Assembly (NCBI RefSeq): GCF_006345805.1
Contig: NC_043001.1
Coordinates: forward strand, 34,472,001 to 34,536,000
DNA length: 64,000 nucleotides
Source: Octopus sinensis
Lineage: Eukaryota
Reading direction: 5' to 3'
Shown here: positions 53,607-64,000 of the stretch, in pieces
Position numbering within the stretch: position 1 is the first letter of the stretch
Layout of the letters: the number at the start of each line of letters is the position of its first letter
Program-made: the position numbers and the translations under genes
The notes under the pieces: generated by a model
What the model saw: only the letters and a program-made list of their open reading frames with translations
Databases searched by the model: none
What the model was told of the DNA's origin: nothing

Positions 53607-53653
53607 TTTTTTATATCTATATAAATTCACATACACACACACACAGACACACA

Positions 53654-53695
<42 letters not shown>

Positions 53696-54369
53696 CATAC
53701 ACATATATGCATACGAATGCGTATATGTGAGTGCGAAATGGATGTGTTTAAGCGTGTAAGTTACATGTTAATATAAATTGCTTAATGTATAAACATGCAA
53801 GTTACGGATATACAAACACAACCTGATACGCATACATATTTCTTTATATCTGTTGAAACATACATTGCATAAGTAATTTCCATTTAAAAAAAAAAGCCAT
53901 GAGATCTTTGAAGAATTCAATGAGACATTGATAAAAATAAGATATATATTCATTTCCACCAGAGAACTCATTTAAAAATACATTTTGCTTCATATTCTAC
54001 TCGCAAAGAATTCTCAAGTGCCTTCGTGTAGGAATTCTGAAATAGTTATTTAAGTATTCCCAAGAGCTCTTTAGAATTACTACACCACATGAAGAAGTGT
54101 CTTAGGAATGCACCTTCAATCTCTATAGAAATTTATTATACGTGTATGTTGTCAGAAAAGGATATCTCTGTATTTTTGCCATTAGTTTTAAGACAGCATT
54201 TGATAGCCAGCATCTCAATTCTTTCTTATAATCAATTTATAGAATTCCTAAAATTTTAAAATCTTTTAACGCAGTAAAGACCTTTAGGATCGTTTATATT
54301 TTACTTTTATCTTTTTTTTTTCCTATTATTTTCTGTTTCTTCTTTTATTGCCCTTAATTAATCTGTATT

Positions 54370-54530
54370 CTTTTACTCGTTTCTGGCACTGTACTGCGGT
54401 CATACTGGAGCGCTATCTCGAAGGCTCTAGTCATTAAAATCGACAGCAGTTTTATTTGAGTCTATTATATTTGAGTCTATTATATTTGAGTCTATTATAT
54501 CAGTTCAGTTTCTTTTTGCCGAATAGCCAA
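54370..54530 (-). mobile_element. Diverged SINE A tail containing a 3x 15-bp tandem (TATTTGAGTCTATTA)
   Basis: TGCGGTCATACTGGAGCG block and TTTTTGCCGAA block. Confidence 0.7.
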
Positions 54531-54620
54531 GACAGGGAGTCATAACTGTTGGCAAGCAGAGATGTACACACACACACACACGCACACACAGATATACGTA
54601 CATACATACATACATACATA

Positions 54621-54961
54621 CATTGAGATTCCCCTTCGGTCATGACTGACCGTGGGATTGCACCTAGGAAGTTACCCTCCCAGGCACAAGTCCGGGCAAG
54701 GTTGTTTATGGAAGACCAGCAGTCACCCATACATACCAACCTCCCCTCTCCACGCCACCAGTGTTATCCAAGGTAAAGGCAACAGCAGATACAGCTTGGC
54801 ACCTGTGACGTCGCAACTCATTTCTACAGCTGAGCGAACTGGAGCAACATGAAATAAAGTGTCTTGCTCAAGAACACAACACGCAGCCCGGTCCGGGATT
54901 CGAACTCACAGCCTCACAATCGTAAGCTCGACGCTCTAACCACTGAGCCATACGCCTTCAC
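54621..54961 (-). mobile_element. SINE family D, full length; tRNA-Arg(ACG)-like head
   Basis: A box TGGCTCAGTGGTTAGAG, CTTACGA loop, B box GAGTTCGAATCCC, CORE-like block. Confidence 0.92.
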
Positions 54962-55116
54962 TACATACATGCATAGAAAATGTTGAAATTTCAATGGAGG
55001 AGTCTTGGATCTAGGTCAGAAACCGGCTCTTTCTCTATTGGTAAGAGATCTTGAAATAAAGTGAATAGTGTATCAGAGGTGATTTCACATATGAGGCGGG
55101 TTCTCTATTTCTATTA

Positions 55117-55339
55117 TATAGGAGGTGGGTGCCGAAAATTTCCTGGCTTTCAGGATATCGCGAAAGGCCTGGCTGTAGGACCAAACTTCCGTGTTCTTTT
55201 ACAGGGATTAGAAAAATTGAAAGACTACTGCAAAAAGTGACGTGAATCTAAGAGAAGAATATGTTGTATAAAATCATAGATAACTAATCCTCCTGTATTT
55301 TCGTTTACCCAAAGACAGGAACTTTTCAGCACCTCCTCG
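55117..55339. mobile_element. mariner-derived MITE
   Basis: TIR-like ends GGTGC(C/T)GAAAA(G)TTCCTG, TA flanks, internal remnant resembling a transposase C-terminus. Confidence 0.68.
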
Positions 55340-55572
55340 TATATGTATGTTGTATGTATGTATGTATGTATGTAGTGTATGTATGTATGTATGTATGTAT
55401 GTAGTATGTATGTATGTAGTATGTATGTATGTATGTATGTATGTATGTATGTATGTATGTATGTATGTATGTATGTATGTATGTAGTATGTATGTATGTT
55501 GTATGTATGTATGTATGTATGTATGTATGTATGTATGTATGTATGTATGTATGTATGTATGTATGTATGTAT
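55340..55572. repeat. (GTAT)n array
   Basis: Direct inspection. Confidence 0.95.
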
Positions 55573-55701
55573 ATAAAGTGTCTTGCTCAGAACACAACAC
55601 GCAGCCCGGTCCGGGATTCGAACTCACAGCCTCACAATCGTAAGCTCGACGCTCTAACCACTGAGCCATACGCCTTCACTACATACATGCATAGAAAATG
55701 T
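55573..55701. repeat. Near-identical duplicate of 54854-54983 (SINE D head plus its flank)
   Basis: 129 vs 130 bp, one indel seen; includes the non-SINE flank TACATACATGCATAGAAAATGT. Confidence 0.92.
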
Positions 55702-55715
55702 ATGTATGTATGTAT

Positions 55716-55925
55716 GACGATTCAATTCGATGCTGCTGCCGCATTATGTCGTACGGGAACGAGAAGATTTGCATCCCCAACCAAGAATTTCGGAAGTAAC
55801 ACATGTCCTTGTGGAAGCTGTTGTGCGCGGCTGAAGAAGGCCACAGACATACATTATGATTTGTTATGAATCTGTCTAATAAAGGCCCGAAACATATGTA
55901 CCGCTGAATCCTTCGCCTCATGTTT
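55716..55925 (+). mobile_element. GC-rich hammerhead-bearing module between (GTAT)n and (AT)n
   Basis: Contains the hammerhead at 55827-55904; pLTR or retrozyme-like status is inference. Confidence 0.6.
55827..55904 (+). ncRNA. Type I hammerhead ribozyme with extended stem II
   Basis: GCGG-CUGAAGA-A-GGCC-[ACAGA/UCUGU, CAUA/UAUG]-GGCC-C-GAAAC-AUAU-GUA^CCGC; ACAUAUGU palindrome; predicted cut after 55900. Confidence 0.78.
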
Positions 55926-55949
55926 TTATTTTTATTTTTATTTTGATCA

Positions 55950-56007
<58 letters not shown>

Positions 56008-56011
<4 letters not shown>

Positions 56012-56378
56012 CAGAACGGGGCGTCATTGCATGGTGCCAAAGATCCCAACGTCACCATCAAAATACAAGACCAGATACTGCAACAGCTCAGGTTTCAGGG
56101 GACCACAGCGCTTCAATATCCTTCCTAAAAGCCTGAGAGACCTGCATGGTGTGGATGTGGGTTTCTCTAAAACTAAACTGGACCTCTCTTTGTCAGGGGT
56201 TCCAGATGAACAAACCTCTCGGCAGGAAACACAGATGCGGGCAGCGTTGTCGAACTCCCTTATTGACCAAGTGTCACGTATCAGAGGTGGTTTCACATAC
56301 TTGTGTAGCACATTCAACGGTGGTGCCTCAGCATGGCTGCAGTTTTCGGGCTGATGCATTTTTAAGGATTTAAGGATT

Positions 56379-56385
<7 letters not shown>
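56008..56385 (+). mobile_element. 3' end of a CR1/L2-like LINE
   Basis: GRHCMVPKI..GFRGPQRFNILPKSLRDLHGVDVGFSKTKLDLSLSGVPDEQ..SNSLIDQ; short TTAAGGAT tail repeat. Confidence 0.85.
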
Positions 56386-56413
<28 letters not shown>

Positions 56414-56469
56414 ATGTATATATATATATATATACACACACACCTATGCATATATATTTCCTTTTTTCC

Positions 56470-56697
56470 TTTTTCGTTTTTACTTTTTTCAGTCATTTGA
56501 CTGCGGCCATGCTGGAGCACCGCCTTTAGTCGAGCAAATCGACCCCGGGACCTATTCTTTGTAAGCCCAGTACTTATTCTATCGGTCTCTTTTGCCGAAC
56601 CGCTAGGTGACGGGGACGTAAACACACCAGCATCGGTTGTCAAGCAATGCTAGCGGGTCAAACACAGACATACAAACACATACACACACATACATAA

Positions 56698-56734
<37 letters not shown>

Positions 56735-56893
56735 TACGACAGGCTTCTTTCAGTTTCCGTCTACCAAATCCATTCACAAGGCATTGGTCGGCCGGAGGCT
56801 ATAGTAGAAGATACTTGCCCAAGATGCCACGCAGTGGGACTGAACCTGGGACCATGTGGTTGGTTAGCAAGCTACTTACCACACAGCCACTCC
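56470..56893 (-). mobile_element. SINE family A, near full length
   Basis: Collinear with the other A copies. Confidence 0.92.
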
Positions 56894-56955
56894 ATACATA
56901 TATATATATGTATGTATGACGAGTTTCCCTTACAGCTTCACACTCAATGTATTTA

Positions 56956-57188
56956 TATTTCTTTACTACCCACAAGGGGCTAAACACAGAGGGGACAAAC
57001 AAGGACAGACAAACGGCTTAAGTCGATTACATCAACCCCAGTGCGTAACTGGTACTTAATTTATCGACCCCGAAAGGATGAAAGGCAAAGTCGACCTCGG
57101 CGGAATTTGAACCCAGAACGTAACGGCAGACGAAATACGGCTACGCATTTCGCCCGGCGTGCTAACGTTTCTGCCAACTCGCCGCCTT
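56956..57188 (-). mobile_element. SINE family B monomer with 16-bp TSD
   Basis: TCACACTCAATGTATT at 56938-56953 and 57192-57207. Confidence 0.93.
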
Positions 57189-58141
57189 ATGTCACACTCA
57201 ATGTATTGTTTGGTCCAAGACTGTGGCAGAGAAAATTGCAAAAAATGCTGCACTGTAGGAACGTACACAATGCCTCGAGCTTGCGAAGCCACCTTGTTAA
57301 CTACATAGCTATACCATCACCCACTTATTATCAGAAAAGTATTCCATATTAGCTGTGATCAGATATCATAGATTTGCAGCATTTCAGATATAGAAAAACT
57401 AAAAGAACCGAAGTTCTTATTCCCACTAATCTTTTTCTAGAGGGTGATTTCATTAGGCTACGCTCGTAGTCACCAATTGTGTAAGTATTGCGTCGGTATT
57501 TGCACGTATAGAAAACTTTTATTTTGCTCATAATAAATCTATCTTAAGAAATTTATCTCCAGTTGGTAGACACGTAGCATTTAAAGGATTTTTTTATAAT
57601 ACTCATAGGGTTTCTATTTAGAAAAGCATGTAAGAAGAAAATATATGTTAAAGCAGTTTTCTCCTCAACTTCAGATTTAGAATATTTCATACCGATTAGG
57701 CTACAGCGGTATGATCACTCCTTAGGAGATACGGTAAAGTATTCACATTATATTTTCCTTATATTTTTATGTTTTGTTCTTTTCAATTACCAAGATGGCG
57801 AAATAATCGAATACGTTCTGAGATTAAAGCAGGCAAAACACGAATGTAGGCGAAAGTTTCCAGAAATTACCTAAGGAATTTATACTTCAATGCACAAATT
57901 AAATATTCTGTTAACTTCACATATGAGTATACACACCACGCATGCGTATATTTTCATTGATTTTAACAGGCAGATGTTTAGTTGCACAAACATACATGCA
58001 TATGTGGAAAACACGTAAAACTTATTCAAGCGCAAGTAGAAAACTTAAAACACACACGTATATATATCTATGTGTTCTTATATGTTTATGAGTATGTGTG
58101 TGTATACATCTGCATATCTATGTACGTATATATATATGTAA

Positions 58142-58177
<36 letters not shown>

Positions 58178-58652
58178 GCACGTATGCATATTTATACATG
58201 GTGTATACATGGTGTGTATGTTCTTGCGTGCGTGAGTGAGTGTGAGTGTGGGTACAAATATTGATGTCTTGTGTTCACTCAACTGAGTGGTGCGAACTTC
58301 TATTGATTGCAAATGGGCACGCGTATATAAACGCACAAATGAAAAACCTAAATTTTTTGCATAAATAACAGTATTTTATTACAATAACATGGAATTAGCC
58401 AACATATTTGAACTCCTTTCTATTCTAATTTGTGACATATACACAGCACTACCATTGAAGCAGTTTTTATCCTGTCACCAGTATTGTGCTGTATTTATGA
58501 CTGGGTGTTTAAATATTGAAGGTCTAGTCTATTTCTAATATCGGATAGATAAATATATATAGTTGGCAGATGTATGCATAAGGCAGATTGAATGCTTTGT
58601 ATATAATTATTTCTACCATAGGCACAACGCTTGAAAGTTTTGTAGGAAAGTC

Positions 58653-58795
58653 TAGTCCATTACATCGGCCCCAGTGCAGAAAGAATGAAAGGCAAAGTCG
58701 ACTTCGGTTGAATCTGAACTCAGAATGTGAAGACGCATCAATTGCCGCTCAGCATTTTGCCCGGCGTGCTATCGATTCTGTCAGCTCGCTGCCTT
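58653..58795 (-). mobile_element. SINE family B, diverged
   Basis: ATGAAAGGCAAAGTCGAC block and head. Confidence 0.8.
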
Positions 58796-59811
58796 ATACA
58801 TTGCATATAATGTTAAATGTTTTGTTAACTCTATATATTAAGTTGAAATTGACTTCGGATCTTGAAGGGTGATTTGTTTGAAATACATTACATGAATGTC
58901 TACATATGTGACTTACATAACTGTACGCAACTATTTAAGTGCACCAAATAATTAGCAAAAACTTGGAACAAACTACCAGTTTATAATTGCTAACGAAGGA
59001 CGGATAAGCTTTAGATTATGATCTAGTAGCTTATACTACACTTTCGTTAATTGATGGGGATGACAATGTGGTCGTGAGCAGATAAAAAGACATCTCTTCT
59101 CTGTCACCCATGACAAAATGAAGCATCGAAAATGCGACATCTTCATTTCTCAAGGGATGTACCAGTATTAAGTTGATCCTCATTTTTAGCTAAGTATACT
59201 GGAACAACGTGAAACAAGTCTTGCGCATTGAATGAACGCGCCTCCTGGTCAAGGAATCGAATCCATGGCCTTGTGGTAGTGAGCCCAATATCTTAACCAC
59301 AAAGACAAGCAATATTTTCAATTGTACCTATGAAGATTTATTTACCACTTCACTCAGTGTTAAATATACTTGAAATATATTTAACGAATTTCCATTTGTG
59401 AGAATTCCGTTTTGACAATATAAATAATAAGATTAGTCGTCTCTTTCAAGTTGATTTGGTGTAGACACAATCATTGTCTTTTCCATTGTTTGCCCACCCT
59501 GTCTCGAATCATTGGCTTAGTAATTAATTGTGAATTAATTCAGTGTGTATTTTTGCTATACAAATTCAATAGAATGCATTCTTATGTAAAAAATTAATGT
59601 CTTGCATGCATAAACATTTTCAGAACGTTTTACGGACAGGTCAGCTTTTACCTGCTGCTAGTTATATATATTCCAATGCAACTTTTACAGCAACAAAACT
59701 AGACTACACCCATTTATGCATTTTGGATGGGTGAATGTAATAGGACAATATGATACTGAAGTGAAAATCCCAGTATTTGTACATAAGTTGTAATTATATA
59801 TTTCAGCTTTT

Positions 59812-60175
59812 TCGTACATCGTCAGTAAAAACTTCCTGGGGTCATTAAGTGTTTCGAGTCTTTCAAAATCAGATATTTCTCTCCCTTCGGCGACCTTGCC
59901 AGGATTGACCAAATCCTAGCATGCGTCCACTTAGCTCGACCCCTTGTAGTGATGTCCTTTCCAAGGCTTGCACAAACACTTTGATGCAAACCCCACTACC
60001 TCCACACTCAACCTGATGGACTTCAACATACCGGCCCCTATGAGAGCATGTAGTTTGTAAGATATGCAGGGGGACTTGACTGGCCTGCAATACCTCTGCA
60101 TCCCATTTCAATTGGATCAGACCTTGTCCACCATTGTTTTGGTATAAGCCCACCGGCTCAGCGTGGTTCCTTCAG
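59812..60175 (-). mobile_element. 3' end of a Hero/NeSL-type RLE retrotransposon
   Basis: HAEPVGLYQNNG(W)TRSDPIEMGCRGIAGQS matches the RLE end motif KYAEL..GW..PIEVGCRGF; 3' UTR GGTCGCC..GAAAGACTCGAAACAC..ATGACCCCAGG..ACTGACGATG. Confidence 0.7.
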
Positions 60176-61164
60176 AAGAAAGAAATACGCTGAAGCATAT
60201 ACACACGAGATACTTTTGAAAGTGGTGATTTACAGCGTTGTCAGCAAAACTCCATCTACATATACTATATCTAACGAAATTTCTATTGTAAATATACAAA
60301 CCTTCTGTTTAGCTATTTATTCTAATGAATTGTGGAATGTTTCATTTCAGAATCAAATATTTTAACCATAGTAAAAAAAAAAAAAGAAAGACAAAATGGT
60401 GGCATAACACGAACCTGTCTCCTTTCGATCTGTAGTCAGGCAAAATATCGATTCAACCAGTTGTAATATTCGGAAAATTTCGGAAAAATTTGATAACATT
60501 CATGATTATTACAGAAAACTCCGCAAGGAAAATTGTTTGCCTCTTAGCTAAAGTTCTCTTAATCACACGAGCGTTTAATGAATGTATCAGACTATTCGAC
60601 TTGAAATGCGTTGTATGCTTTAATAAACTCGACTTGCACAAATATGTCAGCAGACGTAGGTTGCTTACGGTGCATGCATGCGCGCATATTGCACATTCTT
60701 TCGTTGGCATGTGTGAGTCTATGACAGATTTACACATTATTGGCCGAGAATTAGCGAGTGTATAAAAGTGTGAAACTACGCGTGACGAATTATCTTGGCA
60801 CTAGAGGAACAATGACAAAGGAATAAACGTCAGTTATGATGACACTGCTTATATGTTTGATACTTCGGTATTGAACTTGTTAGAAATCTTCTACAAAAGA
60901 AATTTATGTTTATCACATTTAAAATATTGTTTGTATTTTCAAACTTTCACTACAGTATTAATTTTATCTACCATGTGTGGCGTAAAGGGAGGTAACTTCC
61001 ATTAAATACTGCTATGCATTTGTGTTGGAAGATAAGGCTTTTGCTTGGTTCTCCATCATGTGTACACCCACGCACGGGCGCACACACAGACACACACAAA
61101 CTACTGCGCGTGCATACTCTCACACAGATATTCACACATACATATCATAATGCTTTTATTTTTT

Positions 61165-61370
61165 ATACTTTACTTGTAGTAGTCAATAGACTGCAGCCAT
61201 GCTGGGGCACCGCCTTGAAGAAATTTAGGCAAACGAATCGTCCCAAGTACTTATTTCATTTTTAAGGCTAGTAAATATTCTATTGGCTCCTAAGTTACGG
61301 GGACGTAAGCACACTAACACCAGTTATCAAGCGGTTGTGGGGACAAACACTGACACAGTGACATCCACCC

Positions 61371-61412
<42 letters not shown>

Positions 61413-61535
61413 CAGGCTTCTTCTGGTTTCCGTCTTGAAAATCCACTCAGAAGGTTTTAGTCGGCTTGTCTAAGGTGCCAAACTATGAGAGAGAAGCCGG
61501 AACGATGTGGTTGGGAAGGAATCTCCTTACTACAC
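61165..61535 (-). mobile_element. SINE family A, old and diverged
   Basis: CTGCAGCCATGCTGGGGCACCGCC and TAAGTTACGGGGACGTAA blocks. Confidence 0.78.
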
Positions 61536-61914
61536 TTCATTTCTTCGGGAAAATTTAAAGACCGTTTGTACCTATATACAAACAAACCAAAGAACACTAT
61601 CTTCATTACCTCTGATTAATCTTTCATACAACGGTGGATTAGCAGAATCTTCAAACTGTTGGATTAAGTGTTTTGCAGTATTTCTTTCAATTTTTTATGT
61701 TATAACGTGAAATATCGCCAAGGTAAACTTTGCATTTCATCCCGCGAGAGATGATACATAACGTACTAGTCCTGTACTGCAGATGATAGTATCAACTACC
61801 CGACCACTGAAAATTGTTGGACTAGTGCTTAAATTGAAGATGGTAAACACACACGCACACACACATATACACACATACGTACACACGTCTACTAGCATGT
61901 ACACATACCCATAT

Positions 61915-61953
61915 AAAAATCTGATGACGGTTGGTAAACCGAAACGTAATATT
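61915..61953 (+). ncRNA. Minimal hammerhead motif, intact core, weak stem I
   Basis: CUGAUGA-C-GGUU-GGUA-AACC-GAAAC-GUA; ACGU palindrome. Confidence 0.6.
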
Positions 61954-62224
61954 CTTGCCATACAAGATCAACCAGTCATTCTTTAATTGATTGTTTCAAA
62001 ATTATAATTACTAATGTCAGTATTAAGACGACGTAAGTTAGGCCGGCTGGTGGATGTGACAAATACGTGAATCTGAGTTTAAACGTGGAGATACGTCAAA
62101 AAAGAAAAGGTGACGGCTAAGAACAAGAGCTGGAAAGAAAACTTAGAGATGGGTGTTTTGTAACAATTGAGTTTCAAAGTTAACTATAAGAGCAGCATTT
62201 CAATATAGCAGCAAACTATATTGA

Positions 62225-62410
62225 TTTTAAATTTTGACACTAGACAAACAATTTTGGGGGAGCTGGTAAGTCAATTATAATGGCCCCAGTTCTCAACTGT
62301 TACTTAATTTGTTAACTCCGAAAGGGATGAAAAGCAAAGTCGACTTCGGCGGAATTGCAACTCCGAACATAAAGACGGACGAAATACCGCTAAGCATTGT
62401 GCTCGCCATT
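62225..62410 (-). mobile_element. SINE family B-like, diverged
   Basis: GCAAAGTCGACTTCGGCGGAATT and GACGAAATACCGCTAAGCATT. Confidence 0.78.
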
Positions 62411-62542
62411 TGAAAATAAGATACGGTTTAAAAAATGGTATTCTAAGGATGATATTATTAATTATTTTTATTCGAAATGTTGTTTAAAATTTTGGCTACC
62501 GAGACATGATATACTCTATGATCAATATACATACATACAGAC

Positions 62543-62620
<78 letters not shown>

Positions 62621-62752
62621 TATATATATATATATATGATCTGTTCACCTATCCAGTGAGGTGGCATTATTTGAACGCTAAAATAATACAAAAGCACATT
62701 GTTGTGATCATCAATATGTAACATCTGATAGCTTAGCCGGTCACGTGATCAG

Positions 62753-62814
<62 letters not shown>

Positions 62815-64000
62815 TGTATGTATGTATGTAGTATGTATGTATGTATGTATGTATGTATGCATATCTATGCATGTATATGCATGTGTATACACAGCACACT
62901 CACGCATACATATATATAGAGATGAGTTCTGACTACGTATTGTGGAATAATGTCTAAACACATACGTACATACACAAACACAGCGCCACACATATATTGA
63001 CACACACACATACATGTGCACACATATATGAATACAGCTACGAAATCTTTGGTATAAAGATAGATACATATTTAGATTGTTAGATATTGTGAAAGACAGA
63101 TACACAGGTTTGGTGAAGGTACTGATAGTAAGAATATGAAGAAAAAAGAGTAGACGCATAGATGGCTATGTTATTCGTTTTGCAATTATGGGTGCCAGCA
63201 AATATGATTTGCTTCAAACATGGCAGCTAAACGAAATTGGAGTTCAACTGCGCTCGAAGAAGCGAATCGTTAAGATGGAATGAATCATTTGTCACCTCTA
63301 ATAGAAACAAGAAAACAATGAAATGTTGGAATTTCAACTGTGATGGATGTTTGTTATAGGAATTTACGAAACCATTCGTGAGGAAGTTGGGAATTCATTA
63401 GAACAGCATCTGTTATTGCATTCGTTTCGTTTCACTGAGAAATACCGAGATTAGTTTTATAACGAGACACGAAGCGGCCATTTTATTTTCCGGTGCTCTA
63501 ACTCTTCTTCGTTGCTTACAGAAAGAGAGGGGGTCGAGAGAGGGGAAGAGGGGGAAGAGATAGAAAGAAAGGAGAGTGAGAGAGAAAAAGAGGAAGAAAA
63601 TTAGATGGAGAAGAAAGTTTGTTGCATAAATATCGGTAAACTAAGACGTATTCAGTGTTAATGAGACTTACAGCAAAGTAGAAAACAAGAAAAGAATGAC
63701 AAAAGAGAAAACAAAACAAAGTTGACCGAAACAAAAGAAAATCCATTCAGTAAAGCTTATGTGCTGCAGCAATATCAACTGTAAGAAAGTTTCAAAGATT
63801 TGAAGTAGATTAATCTGTATTCTCATTTGATAACGCAACTGTTAATGGAGAAAATCATTTATCAGAGTGTTATTGTAGATGTAATTCACTTATTTGTTAA
63901 AAACAAAAATTCTTCTTGTTGCACCAGATGTTCAATGATTGAAAAAGACAAGCTCCGGATGTACTTTTAATAAAATTTACAATTCGCTGTATCTTCCTCT

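Noticed and set aside
54885-54961. tRNA-Arg(ACG) gene
   Set aside because: A and B boxes are present but the sequence continues into a SINE core and tail, and there is no paired acceptor stem.
59815-59870. GAAAC...CUGACGA in the Hero-like 3' UTR as a type II hammerhead
   Set aside because: Stems II and III cannot be formed convincingly.
63189-63284. Short ORF MGASKYDLLQ...
   Set aside because: 31 aa, no recognisable homology or splice context.

Overview
AT-rich, microsatellite-saturated animal genomic DNA. The repeat families resemble those I recall from octopus/coleoid cephalopods (inference; no search run). I recognise no host protein-coding exon, rRNA, genuine tRNA or CRISPR array. Nearly all ORFs in the supplied track are translated microsatellites. 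A 100-N scaffold gap lies at 17409-17508. Identifiable content is mobile DNA. (1) tRNA-headed SINEs, here called families A (CORE-like), B (Meta-like, often dimeric) and C/D/E (related heads, exchanged tails). (2) DNA transposons: a full-length decayed DD34D mariner, an internally deleted HTH-only Tc1/mariner, Tigger/pogo remnants and MITEs. (3) Non-LTR retrotransposon remnants: CR1/L2-like, RTE, R4/Dong-like, Hero-like and a Penelope GIY-YIG domain. The most notable signal is a dispersed set of short modules embedded in microsatellites that carry minimal type I hammerhead ribozyme motifs (CUGANGA...GAAAC-palindrome-GUH). Two look essentially intact (52092-52134 minus, 55827-55904 plus) and several are decayed, consistent with Penelope pLTR or retrozyme-like mini-elements. 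A 3' tail shared by a LINE and SINE family A, and modular tail exchange among SINEs, are also visible. Repeat boundaries were set by eye and are approximate unless a TIR or TSD is cited.
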